Source: the human T2T-CHM13v2.0 reference genome, Homo sapiens
Assembly: GCF_009914755.1 (NCBI RefSeq)
Contig: NC_060944.1
Length of the DNA: 64,000 bases
Direction: 5' to 3' (one strand)
Below, one piece after another: positions 1 through 14,687 of the stretch (positions within the stretch are counted from its first letter, which is position 1; each line of letters begins with the position of its first letter). The notes beneath the pieces are model-generated. The model made no database searches, was not told the origin of the DNA, and was given only the letters and a program-made list of their open reading frames with translations. A program made the translations under genes and the position numbers.

Positions 1-1234
1 CCTCCAGCCATTTCCAGGATTCATCACAGATTATCTCTGCTTGTTGGCAGAAAGCAAGCACCGCCGAGACTGAAGGGCACAATTGCCGAAAGGTTCTTCT
101 TTCAGTTCAGTCCTCATTCTAATTTTTAACTTATTTGGTGCTGCTGTGGAAAAGCTGTTTGCCTGAAATATGGTAAATAAATAAATAATATCCTACATAT
201 GGAGTCCATAAAATAGGATGCAGAAAGCTAGGAGCTCAAATTTAGATCCAAGGCAGTAATTCTCCTTGCTTCTTTTTCCGCTTCCCTTCTTAGCCTCCCT
301 TTTCTCCTTAAATGATCAGGCTGAATGGGGTTGTCAGGATTGAAAGAACAGGATCCCAGATTTTATAAAATTGTTTACTCCTCTCTGTTTGAAAGGTGTA
401 ACTTTGCAGAATTGAGTGTAATTCCAGTCATCTCCTAAAAGGCTGGGATGATGGCCAGGGCGAATGGGCTTCCTGACCTTTTCTGTGTGGAGAGGCTTCA
501 CGGAGGAGCACTGAGGGCAGAAGACACAGAGCCAGTCTTCCATGGAGGCGACCCATAGCAGCGGGATCCAGCAATGTGTGAAGTCATGCTGGTTTTACAT
601 ATGAACCAATTTGAATAGAATCCTTCATTTTTTTTACATAAATATTACATCTTAACCTTTTCATAGAAGAGCCTCGGTTTTCTTTCCAAAGGTATAAAGG
701 CGAGGTCTGTGTTTCCATAAGCAGAGAACATTTATCCTCTGTCCTGCCTCCCTCTAGAACAAAATCCATTGCTGTCTTAATTTCCAGTTTTGATTGTAGC
801 TCTCAGTGTGAGACCTCCCAGTGCTGTAGAGTGTGTTTCCTCTATGAGGCTCACTCACCACAGGCATAAAGATCGGGGTGAATTTCCCAGCCGCCTACAT
901 CCGGGAATCTCTCATTCGGACTCAGCAAGATCATTTTTATTTTTGACCAGAACCTTATAAATAAATCACAAATATATAAATGTGATAGGGAAGGCGCCCA
1001 TCACAACTATTTGTTCAAACAAATCCTGGGCCCAAAGAAGGAGTGAAAAATTAACTTCCTATCACTTTATTTTAGTAGTTCATACTGACAGCAAATATTT
1101 AATTATCCATTATTTTGAATTCCACATTAAAATAATACTCATAAGGTTTGGATTAATAGAAAATACTCATATTTATAATAGTTAGAGCTTTCCAGATACA
1201 TAGAGGCAATATAGTCTAGTGCTTGGTAATTCCC

Positions 1235-1449
1235 TAGAGTTGGAAACCTTGGTTTAAACCTGGCCTTTACATCAAACAAGCTATGTGTGCATAGGAAACT
1301 CTGAGCTCTTTGTTTCAGTTCTCTCATCTGTAAAAGAGACACAACAATAGTGACTAACTCACAGGATTGTTCTAAGGATAATATGAGATGATGTGTAACA
1401 CACACAATACCTAAAACTTGGTAAGCACTGTTAACATTAACTAATAATA
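1235..1449 (+). mobile_element. MIR SINE
   Basis: MIR core-like 'tttcagttctctcatctgtaaaa...cacaggattgttctaaggataatatgagatgatg' and 3' end 'gtaagcactgttaacattaactaataata'; boundaries approximate. Confidence 0.75.
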
Positions 1450-1517
1450 GCATTTCAGTCTCTTTTCTGTTCATTACGACATTTAATCTTCCTGATAACC
1501 TCTTATTATAATATACA

Positions 1518-1738
1518 CTGTGGTAGACTAACTTTGCTTTAAAGGGCCAGATAGTAAATATGTTCAGCTTTGCCAGCTGTATGGTTTCACTTATAAACAC
1601 TCAACTCTGCCAGTATAGTTCGAAAGAAGCCAAAGGCAATGTAAATGTAAGGGTGTGTCTGTGTTCCAATAAAACTTTGTTTACAAAACTAGGTGTCAAA
1701 TGAGATTTGACCTGGGGACTGTAGTTTGCTGATTCTTG
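1518..1738 (-). mobile_element. MER58A-like hAT-Charlie MITE
   Basis: Near full-length match to recalled MER58A ('aaagggccagatagtaaata', 'actcaactctgcc', 'gtgttccaataaaacttt', 'gtagtttgctga'), about 220 bp. Confidence 0.85.
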
Positions 1739-1803
1739 ACAACTCTCTACTTGCTGTTACAAATAAGAACACGAAAGCAGCTTGGTTAGGAGATTGACTG
1801 TGA

Positions 1804-2189
<386 letters not shown>

Positions 2190-5100
2190 TGAACACCTGT
2201 TTTTGATGGCAATTTCTTATCTAGTGATCATCTGCAATGTCTGAGATATAGACTTATGTACATCATTGGTTAGAGTGTGGGTTGATGTGAGCAGTCTTCT
2301 TTGACTTTGTTTTATAGCCAAGAGTTCAGCTTTAAATACTGAGCAAACTTCCTGCCAGCATGGATTTTGGTTAGAAAAAGAAATGGGCAAAAGTAGATGC
2401 CTGTTTCAATCCTGACTGAGGAACAAATGTAGCACCTCAAAGCATTTCTTTATACTTATACATTTCTTTAGGTTTTTTATATAACACTAAAATACTTACT
2501 TTTTTTTTTCAGTCAAAAATATATTCCTGAGTTCTAAATCTTTAATTTGGGGGACATGGATCAAAATTTTGAAATTTTGGTTGTAAAAGACACCTAGAGG
2601 GGCACGAAGTCTGTGGCTTGTGCAAAATCTTTTACACATGCTTCAAGGATGCACACACATATACAAACACACACTCTCACACACTCACATAAGGTAAGGA
2701 GGGTGTTTGGGTGTATAAAAGCAAACAGTAGAAGCTGCCTCAAACCACTGTATCCAGTATATATCCTGATCCAACATATATGTATTTAGATTCAAATTTA
2801 ATAGGTCTGGCGTCAAATTTCTGAACCCATCACAAAGTAGAAGCAATAAATACAAAAAAGGCATATTGTTCATAAAGCGTGACTGGCTGTAGCAAGAGAT
2901 GACAGCTGACCTTTGGATACTAAACTAGCCATAAAACTGAAAAATCATGCCATGATACCTTGTTGAATCACTTCTTAAGTAAAGGTTAACTTACATACAT
3001 TACATTCTGATTGTTTAAACAGAAACAAGTGTAGTATCTTTTAGGATTAGGTCATTTTAAATTTATTCTGACAATTAGAAGTTTTGATTCTTCAATTTGT
3101 TAAATTGAGTTTTCTGGAAAATGTACCTCTTTCTGAAGTTGAAGTTGGATAAATGTAGCAATTCCACATGTTCATCAATGTGTTACAGCCTAAAATTCAT
3201 CTTTTAAATGAGAATATTAATTTCATGTTTATAAACATATTTTCTAATTGATCAACTGTATTTATTTTTATTTATATATTTCTCCATGCAAAATAGAAAT
3301 AGCTCTTTACTCAGATGAGTGATACTGAATCTAATATAAAAGCAAATTTGTATAGAAGAAATCCAGGGACAGCAGCGGTCAGAAGATAATTCACAACTTG
3401 ATGAGGTAAACTACCTTGAATACCCCTGAGAATGAGAGAGTAAGCAAGGAGACCTCGAGTGGCCAAAGCAGAGATTTCAGTTATATTTACTGGACAAAAT
3501 GGACACCATAATCAACAGGGAAACACAGGATGTACTTTGGGTGAGTGGTAAAGTTCTGCCCATATGAAGGCATACTCCCATTTATTTGCTCAGTCTTGGC
3601 CTGGTGACAGGCAACAAATATTGAATAAGACCCTTTAAATGAATTTTCAAAAAATGAAGTTTAGTGATTTAAATAGCATTTAAAAAAATCAAATTCATAG
3701 TAAGGGTGCAGTAAATATTTGGTTTACAGTTTCATCTTGCATACTGTGGAAAGACGATGAGCATGGAACTTGTTATCACCACGTAGAATTCCTAAAATAA
3801 TTGTTTCAATAAATACGGAATAGTAGCTCAGGTTTCAGATTTTTACATGTTATTGACTGAGCCTCCCTTTGGGGAAAATTTAAAAGTTAAAAGATCTCTT
3901 TTAAGATGATTCAGAAATGCAAGGTTTATTTAACATCTTCCTCATTGCCATATTGTGTTCTGTTGTTTTCCTCATATCATGTAACTTATTATCATTTTTT
4001 ATTACTTAGTTTCATTTTTACTTCCTTTACCTACTCACTCATTAATTCTTACTGCCAGTATTTTAAAACCTTTCTGCAAAAAAACACATGCAACTGCACT
4101 GGGTCAGTGTTTCTCCTGATTGATAATCCACTTTCCACCTCCACATCTAAGTATACAATCATTGATAAAAATGAAGCCCCCATGGACTCTTCTCCTGAGA
4201 GATCTCATTCTTCCTGCTTATCAGCTTCTGCCCTCTGTCTGAGGGATTCCATATTGGCATCTCCGAAATGGAGATATTTTCCTATCAGGTGTATTGGAGT
4301 TAAAATTGAGAGAGAACATGCAATCATTTTTATCTTTTCCTGAATCATATGCAAGTTTAGCACCAGGTCGAAAATTCAAGCTTAGACTTGTTTGTGCTCT
4401 AAAGATTGAGAAAGTTGCTCAGATTGCTCTGGAGTGGGTCATGAGTTTTCTTCCTGGATTTTTGTTCAACACAGATAGCCATCTTTGATTTATTGGAACC
4501 TCTTGCTAGAGCATAGTTATAACTCCCAGAGAATCCTTTTGAAGTCAATTTCAGCTTTTTCATATTCAAGGAAAAGAGGAATAAATCATGTATCCATTTT
4601 TGATCTGTAGTTTTTCAGGAATCATTCTCAATGTTGTTGAAGAAGTTAGAAAAGCCCAAGCTAATCACTGTATCATATAGGTTTTCCGAAGGCAAGGTGT
4701 AGAAATTTTTAGTGTTGTTTAAGCAACCCATTTATTTTGAAGTATTGAAATGTTATTAATCCTAAAGACCAGGTGATAGTTTATATATTCTTGAAGGCTT
4801 TAAAAATATAATTAGCCTCTCTGTTACAAATTGAGTCCACATTCATCTTGGGGCTAATTTATTTCCTTTACAAAACTAACGAGTGTTTGTCTACAGGATC
4901 AGTGAACTAAATCTAAATGGGGGCCAAACCTTCAACTTCACCCTCTGGCAACTCTTTTTCCCATTTTCAGAACTCTTCCAAATCCCCCGCCCCAGCCCCA
5001 GTATTTCCAATTGACTTATAGAAACAGTTGCATTGTTCTTTTGCCCAAATCCCAAGCATTCCCCAGAGAGCTGTTTTCACTTTCTTTAGAGCACTTACAG

Positions 5101-6499
5101 TTTATCTCTGTAAGAGAATAGTTTTGAGTTTGGCACTTAGTCTGTTTCTTTTTCATTCTAATAGGAATCGCCTTAGAGCTAGCTAAGTCCCTGTTAGTCA
5201 GCTTCTTAAGTGCTGACCAGACTTCTTCCATCTGTATAGAACACTCACTTTTTCACATCAGAGGTTTAATGAAACTAGAAAAGAAAACTCTTTAAAATAA
5301 CAATAATAATGAAAATCTCTAATAGATTCAGGCAACTTTACATATATCTTTTCAAGATTGGGTCAATTTTGCAAAAATTTTGAGGGTTTTATTTTTTAAT
5401 ATGGCCTCAGGTTAGAGTCACACAAATCAGTTAAAAAATATATTTCTTTGAGTTGGAAATACACACTTATTTCATCCCTGTACTTCTATATAGGGGAGTT
5501 ATTTTTAATGAGAAAAATTTATAGCTGACTGCCAATGACACATAAAAATTAGTATGCATTATTAAAAATAAATTAAGGCAGAAAGCAGCCAAAGTGGACT
5601 TTGTTCTAGAGTCTTGGTAAACAGCCAACAGCAGTGCTCACTTGTCTTCATGTGACATTAAATAGTGCCCGTCTAAAAAGTGATTAATAGATACCGCGGG
5701 TTGGAACAGGCTGGCATTCGTCTGTTTCTTACAGCTCCTGATACACGTTGAATGCCCTGCATACCTATAGTTCTTAAGGGAATAGTCACTGTTGAGACAT
5801 TTAGAGAAGCTGATATCAGATGAGGGCAATCTTGTTTTGGCTATTTTACCACATCTCAAGTATACAAAGTCTACATATAAACATTACGTAATGCCTTCAG
5901 ACATTGCACTGATTCAAATAGATTTTAATGAGAAAGGCCAACTTTTCCTGTTTCTTGGTCATTCAGAGACTTTTAGGGAGCTTGAATTGTCAGTATCTCC
6001 TAATCTCTCAACTATTTTTTTCTTTTGATTTTTAATCTCACTCAGTTAGACTGTTGGGAAGAGAATACAATAGGAGGATTAATGGCTCAGAGCAGAAATG
6101 TTTGCTTGTTGGACAATAGGAAGGGAATTTGGTAGAAGTTCTTACCCTTCCTGTTTACATTCAGTAATGTTGCTGGTATATTGAAAAGACTGTCAATAGT
6201 GGGTATATATTTTTTTCAACAGTAATTTCCAACATCTTGTTGTTAGGTGTTCATCAAAATAAGAAAGACGGAGAAAGAAGAAAACAGAGACAAAAAGAAA
6301 AAAGATAATGGATTTGAGAAGTCAAGTCAATTCAGTCACAATATGGGAGTAAAGGACAGATTAAAAGAAGTTTCTTGTGTGAGTGTGTGTGTGTGAATGA
6401 GTGTGAAAATGCGTGCATGGGTACATGTGCCTTAGAGTAGAGGTAATTGGAAGACTTGAGGAGAAATTACTCACTTTTCTTTTAATACCAATGACCAGA

Positions 6500-6690
6500 C
6501 AGCTTGCCAGGTGCTCACTCAGATTTGTATCATATCTTTACATACTGTCTTCTGGATAGGTACAACTATCCCCATTTTTCAGATGAGGACACAGAATCTT
6601 AGAGAAATGAAGAACTAGATCAAGATCTGTTTGAACGTAAGTGGTTGAGTCAGGATTTGAATACAGGCTTTTTGTTTTTATCACTCCAGA
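6500..6690 (-). mobile_element. MIR SINE
   Basis: Reverse MIR core 'tatccccatttttcagatgaggacacaga...gtcaggatttgaatacagg'. Confidence 0.7.
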
Positions 6691-6889
6691 GTCTCTTTTT
6701 TCTTCCTTGGTAAATCCAGACTTATCACTGGAGATTCTGGTTCAAAATTACTCTGGCAGTTTTACCACCTAATATATGTTACTCCAAGAATTTTCCAAGT
6801 CTGATTAAATAGATTAGGTGGAGTCCTCCGAAACCCTTTCCTGATTTCCTGGGCCAAGGTAAAGCATATCTCAGAGCAAATTTTAAACA

Positions 6890-7530
6890 GTACTTTGTCA
6901 TTGAAGACCTAACTATATATGAAGCATTGTGTAGGTGCTGAGAAAGGCACAGAAAAATATACAATAGGGCACTTGCCACCAGTGCCTTATTAATTAGATA
7001 AAGAGATAAAACATACACCTGTGAAAAGCTAAAAAAATTACTATTATCAATTGACAATTTGGCATAGCAAAACAAGGCATGATTAATTGCCAGATAACAC
7101 AAAATGCATGTGGTAGAATTTGAGAGATCTGTAATTGGACTTCAGTGGCCTGATAATTCTTAATGGAAGCGGTTTAAGCTGGAGGGAAAGGATGGGCAGG
7201 ATTTAGACAGGGAGGACAGAGGTGGGAGATGAATTCAGGCCTTAACAAAAGTGTAAAGAAGAGCAGGACAGCAGGAGGCTGGGTTGAAGGACATAAACAA
7301 CAGGAAGGTAAGTAAACTACTTTGGACAAAGTGGGGCTCTGCATAGATAGGAAGTGGAAAAGCAACCTCAAAAATAGGTTGGGCTCAGGTTTTCAATCCT
7401 GAGTGCCAGCATAGACTGAGCCTGTTGCCATGGGTACGTGGAAAATGACAGAGTCAGTATTGCACTTTGAGAAGATTATTCAGGAGGCAGGGTGCAGGAT
7501 AGAGGACGAGTGTCTACAAATAAAGAGTGA
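6890..7530 (-). mobile_element. L2 LINE 3' fragment (old)
   Basis: Purine-rich degenerate reverse L2 3' sequence ('gcattgtgtaggtgctgag', 'gcactttgagaagattattcaggaggcag'). Confidence 0.55.
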
Positions 7531-7589
7531 GGCAACACATATGTCCATCCTGCATTGGGCCACACCAAGAACCTACCATGTGCACCTCT

Positions 7590-8235
7590 CACCACCCACT
7601 GCCGCTCAGACTGCTGCACACAGTAGCCCCCAACTCATCTACCCAGATCCACTTTTGTCCCCATCCACTCTGTTCTCCACAGTTTCAGCCAGAGTGATCT
7701 TTACAAAACATAAATTATTGTCACCTCCTGCAAAAGATTTCAACGTGACCCATAAATATATTCTTATTTTTTCCTCCATGTCCTATCCCTCAACATGACC
7801 TACAAGACCTGGCCTCTGCCTTCTCTTCGGTCTCATCCTTCACCCTGCTCACTCTTGTTTTCTAGGCATGGTGGTCTTTTTAAAAACTGTGTCTCATTCT
7901 TTGTGTTCAACATGCCCCCTCTCATGATAGGGACTTTGCTGTTTCCTCTTCCTGGCATTCTCTTCTTTCCCCTCATTGTCTTGTCAACTCCTACTTATCC
8001 TTCACATCAACACACTCTAATTTCAAGACCTCCTTGACTAGGTCAGATCCCCTTATAGAAGGGTCTCACAGCTCCAAGTAACTATCTCTCCTTTGCAGCT
8101 TTTATTACATGTGCGGTTTCACCACTTATCTAATAGTTAATTCATGTTTCTTTTCCGCAGTGTCCACAGTGTTTTTGTTCTTTATTTAATTCAAGAATCT
8201 AGCTCTTAGTGGACTCTCAATAAATATAATATAGT
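7590..8235 (+). mobile_element. L2 LINE 3' fragment
   Basis: 'ttctccacagtttcagccagagtgatctttacaaaacataaat' and L2-type end 'tagtggactctcaataaatat'. Confidence 0.7.
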
Positions 8236-8271
8236 GGAAACAAAATAATATGTGGTTAAAATGTAAGGTGT

Positions 8272-8643
8272 TGTATTAGTCCATTCTCATGCTGCTAATA
8301 AAGACATACCTGAGACTGGGTAATTTATAAAGGAAAGAGGTTTCATTGTCTCACAGTTCAGCATGGCTGGGGAGGCCTCAGGAAACTTACAATCATGGCA
8401 GAAGGGAAAGCAAACACATTATGCTTCTCATGGTGGCGGCAAGAAGAATGAGAGCTGAGCGAAGGGGGAAGCCTCTTATAAAACCATCAGATCTCATGAG
8501 GACTTACTATCACAATAATAGCATGCAGAAAACTGTCTCCATGATTCAATTACCTCCCACTGGGTCCCTCTCACCATAGGTGGGGATTATGGGAACTACA
8601 GTTCAAGATGAGATTTGGGTGGGGACACAGCCAAACCACATCA
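8272..8643 (-). mobile_element. THE1C-like MaLR solo LTR
   Basis: Full reverse THE1 LTR (tgtattagtcc...ccaaaccacatca); 5-bp TSD ggtgt/gatgt with 1 mismatch. Confidence 0.92.
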
Positions 8644-10339
8644 GATGTTATAAAAATTTCTATATTTGAAGGCCTCAGCTATTGGCAACATTACTTAATT
8701 TTAAATACATTTGGCACTGATTTTAAAAAAGTGTTACATAGTATTGGAATTATTTTCAGAGGGCTGAAGAATCCTTCATACCTTGGAGAGTGAGTGAGCA
8801 CTCTTTAGCAGGCCTCTTGTGCTTCCAACCTAAATGCAGGCAAACGTCCTGTTGGTATGTAAAGCTGCCACCCAAATGCAGAGAACCTCTAGAGTGCATG
8901 CTGTTCTCATTCAAACTGTCCCATCTGTTCAGACATGGTCAAGCTCTCTGAGCCCTGGGAGAACGAAAACAGGCCAGGATTACCAGTTTTTACAGATTTT
9001 AACGTGAGGCTTAGGGTCTGTGGGCTAAAAGGTTGATTGTAGTTTTTAAGTTAAACATAAACAGGGGCTGAAAAGACCCTAAAATTACATTTGGGAGTCA
9101 TACAAAGACAATACAGCTCCAACTGCATTACTCGGGACCTTTTTGCTGCTGAAACAGAAAAAATGATAATTAACCAATCAGGATGAAATGTCAATTTGAG
9201 AGGAAGGTAATGTGAAATTTTCCTAAATCATCTAAACACCAAAAAATCTGTTACATCTGATTTCCAACCTGCTCTGTTGCTATGAAAACTTACTCTCCAC
9301 TCAGCTCTCTGAACGCTACATATTCATGCAATTATAATTCTTTCTGAAAGATGGACTCTGTAATGATATGAAGGCGTTTTCCTTCAGTCTGCCTAGAGTT
9401 TTTCCAGAGCCACTTAATAAGAGCCATGCTCTTTTGGAATTATTTTGCTTTATCCACATTTTTCTTCATGATCCAAATAAAAGATAGTTTTTTAAATGTG
9501 AGGTGGCCGTTGTCTTGGGATATATCTCTATGGCATTTGCTAAATTAAAGCTCATCTTTTCAAGCCCAGTCTTTATTTTGTTTTCCTATAGTTTGCTGGC
9601 AAAATCAAAGCCCTTGCTTCCTTACTCTTGCACTGTGGAGCAGACTGGTAGGATGATCACAGGGGAGTGAGCAGGCTTCAGTGGTTCTTAAAAAGACAAT
9701 TTCCATTTCCTTGGCAGAGGGACCCCATACTGCGCTCCAGCCAATTCTTAATTCTTTCTGCCATTGGTTCCGAGGGGCAGGCTTTTGTGGGGAGGGATTA
9801 TTTGTTTCTTTAAAATCCACCGTGGTTCTTTTCCCTCCCACCTTTTCCCCTTTCTTTTGTGGCCTGGAACAATACAATGTTAGCGATTCAGTTTCTGACT
9901 TGCAGAGAATCCATCTATGCTTGGAAAAATGCAGTTCAATTATATACTGCAGCTTGAGGTGAGATAGAAGTGAAGATGGCTTAACACGTGAAGTGGGTAA
10001 AAAAAATGTGTGATTGAAACAGTATGATGTTGATGAGGCAGTGTGTGAGGCTGTCAGGAGGCATTATAATAAGCTGATGAACGAGACTAGCTTCCTAGTT
10101 CTGCTGTATGCAAATGTTCCATTATTTTTGGTGGAGGAAAGGAACCTGGCATATTAATTGGCTTTGTTTTTAGAGATGCAGGTGAAGCCTTTTCATTTTG
10201 CTTTCTGAAAAGAAACTTGCAATATGTCCTTAAATTATGTTTAATTTTGAGTGTCGACTTACAAAGAAATAAAAACTCTTCATTTTTAAAAAATTTAAAA
10301 CAAAAAAAAATTTGGGGGTATTGAACCTTAGAACCAATC

Positions 10340-10393
10340 ACTAAAAATTCTGATTTTGTGTCGACTAAAAATTCTGATTTTGTGTCAACTAAA
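10340..10393. repeat. 24-bp tandem duplication
   Basis: actaaaaattctgattttgtgtcg / actaaaaattctgattttgtgtca / actaaa. Confidence 0.9.
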
Positions 10394-11238
10394 CTGCATA
10401 TGAGATCTTCGAGTTTTTAACACTGAAACATAATAGTTAATTTTTTAAAGTACTATAAAACAGAATATAGAAAATAAATTACACTATACTATATTTTCTA
10501 TATTTGGAAGTTTACAGTTGTTTGCATAATTGACAAGTTTGTTTCCTGGTGCAGTCATCAGCAGGTTATACAGGATGTATCTATCTGTCTCTTTCTTCAG
10601 AGGACACTGTGTGTGTGTTGAGAATGAAACCGAATGTGGGTGGTAAGAGGAAATATTAATGAACTTTTAAATATCTCTTTCCTTGAAAAGACTGAAATAT
10701 GAGGTCTTAAGTAAAATAAATCATTTAAAGTATAAAATGCTTAAAGATCCTTACTTTTTATTACCAAGTTATTAGCAGACTGCCATACTGAATACCTTTT
10801 ATGTAGTTTTTTTTTTTTTTTGGCTAACATTTCCAAACAACTTTAAAATATAGTTATTCATTAACCGACTTGTGACTAATCTTTTTCAGAGAGAGAGGAT
10901 TAACTTTATTCCTCTCCAGTTTTAACGTGACCAATAAGGTGATATGCAAGTGAGGATTTGGGGAGGTGGGGAAGAATTGGAGAAAGGTAATAGAACTGAT
11001 CCTTGAGTCAGTGGGATGTTGGAAGTGGTTTTCCATTACTTTCCTTGGTTCTCAGAAAACCAGGGAGATAGGGAGGATGTTATCAGGCCCTTTGACCTTC
11101 TGGAAGTGACTGTGGACTTAGCAAAAGCTAGTTGGAGCTAGGGGAGGAAGGAGGCAGATAGATAAAGTAGGAAGAAATAATTGTTCTCCCTAAGCACAGA
11201 ATCCAAGGTGGTGCTATTAAAACAAACAAACCAAAAAT

Positions 11239-11268
11239 ACACACACACACACAAATGCACACACACAC
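11239..11268. repeat. Interrupted (CA)n microsatellite
   Basis: Two CA runs separated by 'aatg'. Confidence 0.8.
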
Positions 11269-11285
11269 GTCTGTGAATGTATACA

Positions 11286-11673
<388 letters not shown>

Positions 11674-12223
11674 TCAAACATCAGTTGTGAGGCCGAAAGA
11701 GAAGCTAGTCAACAGGTGGGGGTCTTTTAACTCCTTCTCTCCCTCCACTGATACAGAACCCCCAACACTCATATACAGTGTGTTTCCAGAAATCCAACCT
11801 GGCTATCCCTTTGAGGCTGATAAAGGAGCCAAGTATCCAACCTGAGATCCTGTGGTTCATGGAGTCTGAGTTCCTATTGAACACAGATCATGGTTGCCTG
11901 GATGGGAAACCTGGTTTAAACATTTAAATGATCAGAATCAGAGCAGCCTGAAACAGTCATCCTTGATGCTCAAGTTCCTGAGAAATAATTACTAGAAACA
12001 AAATTTCATTGTTTGGAAACTTTTCCAGAAAATGATAAAATAATACTCGTGAGAACATAGATCACAGAAAAAGAAAGTTCAGTTCTAATGTAGTATGTTT
12101 CTTTTACCTAGATTTATTCATTGTTCCTGTGTTTATTTTCTTTAACAAATATAAACAAAGAAGAAAAGGCAGTCTCCTGTATAGAATGCTTACACATTTT
12201 ATAAGTTAAAAATACATATAGTC

Positions 12224-12509
12224 AGCCGGGTGTGGTGGCTCACGTCTGTAATCCTAACACTTTGGGAGGCTGAGGCGGGCAGATCACGAGATCAAGAGAT
12301 CAAGACCATCCTGGCCAACATGGTGAAACCCCATCTCTACTAAAAATACAAAGATTAGATGGGCATGGTGGTGTGCACCTGTAGTCCCAGCTACTTGGGA
12401 GTCTGAGGCAGGAGAATCACTTGAACTCGGGAGGCAGAGGTTGCAGTGAGCGAGATCGCGCCACTGCACTCCAGCCTGGCGACAGAGTGAGACTCCATCT
12501 TAAAAAAAA
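12224..12509 (+). mobile_element. AluSc, full length
   Basis: Sc diagnostics 'caagagatc...ccatcctggccaacatgg' and 'cctggcgacag'; 16-bp TSD aaaaatacatatagtc (12208-12223) / aaaaatacaaatagtc (12510-12525). Confidence 0.95.
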
Positions 12510-12740
12510 AAAAATACAAATAGTCATTTTATAGTTTAGTCTAAGCATTTATTACACATTTCAAAAGACAAATAAACTCTCTCCTACTTTTGTCCACCTG
12601 TAAGACTCATTTCAGTACCTATTTTATTTTCTCCTAGTTTTTCCCATGGTCTTAGTTTAAGAATTCCCAAATTCTCACTTATTGAATTCACTCACAGAAT
12701 TCTACTTCCCACTACAGTTCTATCAGGAATAGGCAAGATA

Positions 12741-12795
12741 GAAAGAAAAAAAAAAAAAGAAAGAAAGAAAGAAAAAGAAAATAAAGAAAGAAAAA
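12741..12795. repeat. A/(GAAA)n purine-rich simple repeat
   Basis: gaaagaaaaaaaaaaaaaagaaagaaagaaagaaaaagaaa... Confidence 0.8.
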
Positions 12796-13807
12796 GGGAT
12801 GGGAATTTTGCAAACATGGGGGCCTGATTACTAAAAGCCTTATGAGATGCTCATACTCATTCTTTAAAGAATATTGGAAATAAATCAGTCATGCATTTAA
12901 TTAAACCATCCTAAAATGTGCCCCTCTTAAAAAAAAATGAGTGCCATAATACTTCCCAAATTCCCGGAAATGTTGTATGTCTAAGAAAGCAAGATCTGAA
13001 CTGTAGGTGTATTTCAGTTGGAAATTGTAGTTTACATTACTTCTAATTCGAGGCCTATGTTTGGTCATTAAAAGCTCCCAGCTAAAAACAGTGACCCTGC
13101 TCTCCATGTGTGCGCAATCTTCAGCCAAGTCCCACCAGAGCATTGGCCCTTCAGTGGAGGGAGAAAGGATGATAGAAAAAGAAATTCTGTGGATGTGAGA
13201 GGTTAGGGATAGAAGGGTATTTGGGCAGCTCTGGCTATCTCATATCTGGAATTTCACCTTTTATCTTCCTGGAGGATGACTCCTTATATGGTCTGCTTTG
13301 TAGACCACTTTCTTGAAAAGCAATTGCATATAATATAAAACAGAGGATGCTGTGCTAAAAAGAAAAACAACCCTCCTTTTATTGATACTTTTTTCTCAAA
13401 TATAGTGATCACTACACGATAGTAATAATGGTTTGATATTTGTAAATCTTAGGTCTTAGGAAAAACCACATATGGTCTGTTAACCTAAATGATCTTTAGA
13501 ATAAAGTACAGCGTTCTAATCAATTCAATTCATATTTCACATGTAGTTATTCTTTGACTAAACAAGTACTTTTTGTTAAAGGAAGCAGGTAAACTAAAAT
13601 TTATGTATTTCCTCTTCTGAAGTCCCTGACGTAGTTGGTTTGGAAAAGGTCTCCAACCAACCAGGGTGCTGAACATTCATCCTGAGTAATGTGCTGTTTT
13701 GGTTGATAACAGTTGTCATAGTCATTTCCTCCTTTAGTTAGCATTTTGGCCTAAAGGTAGTAGATTTATGGTTTTTAGCCTGTTTCATTTCCCAGCTGCC
13801 CCACAAC

Positions 13808-14113
13808 TTTTTTTTTTTTTTTTTTTTTTTTGTGTGAGGCAGAGTCTCGCTCTGTTGCCAGGTTGGTGTGCTGTGGCGCCATCTCGGCTCACTGCAACCT
13901 CTGACTCCCTGGTTCAAGTGATTCTCCTGCCTCAGCTTCCTCTGTAGCTAAGATTACAGGCTTGCGCCACCACCTCCAGCTAATTTTTGTATTTTTAGTA
14001 GAGACGGGGTTTCACCATGTTGGCCAGGATGGTCTCAATCTCATGACCTCGTGATCTGCCCTCCTCAGCCCCGCAATGTGCTGGGATTACAGGCAGAAGC
14101 CACTGCTCCCGCC
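13808..14113 (-). mobile_element. AluSc, full length
   Basis: Poly(T) then reverse Alu; 'tgttgccagg' 1-nt deletion and 'ggccaggatggtctcaatctc'. Confidence 0.95.
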
Positions 14114-14139
14114 CACAAAACTTCTTTTAACCACATTTA

Positions 14140-14556
<417 letters not shown>

Positions 14557-14620
14557 TCAAATGTGAAAGTCTGGATACACAACTATGTTTGCACAACGCT
14601 CAATTTGGCATAATTATAAA

Positions 14621-14687
14621 TTGCACTCCAGCCTGGGTGACAGAGCGAGATACTGTCTCAAAAACAAATGAACCAGAAAACCCCCAC
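14621..14687 (+). mobile_element. Alu 3'-terminal fragment with degenerate A-rich tail (second part of the composite insertion)
   Basis: ttgcactccagcctgggtgacagagcgagatactgtctcaaaaac..., followed by TSD copy aaaactcaaggagtt at 14688-14702. Confidence 0.9.

Noticed and set aside
1-1000. Repeat-free start of the window with scattered CpGs as a possible promoter
   Set aside because: Not a CpG island, no convincing core-promoter architecture, and needs chromatin data.
1139-1600. Longest ORF in the window (153 aa), plus 3906-4343 (145 aa) and 59062-59508 (148 aa)
   Set aside because: The first spans MIR and MER58A. The others have no recognisable motif, read through low-complexity DNA and lack supporting splice structure.
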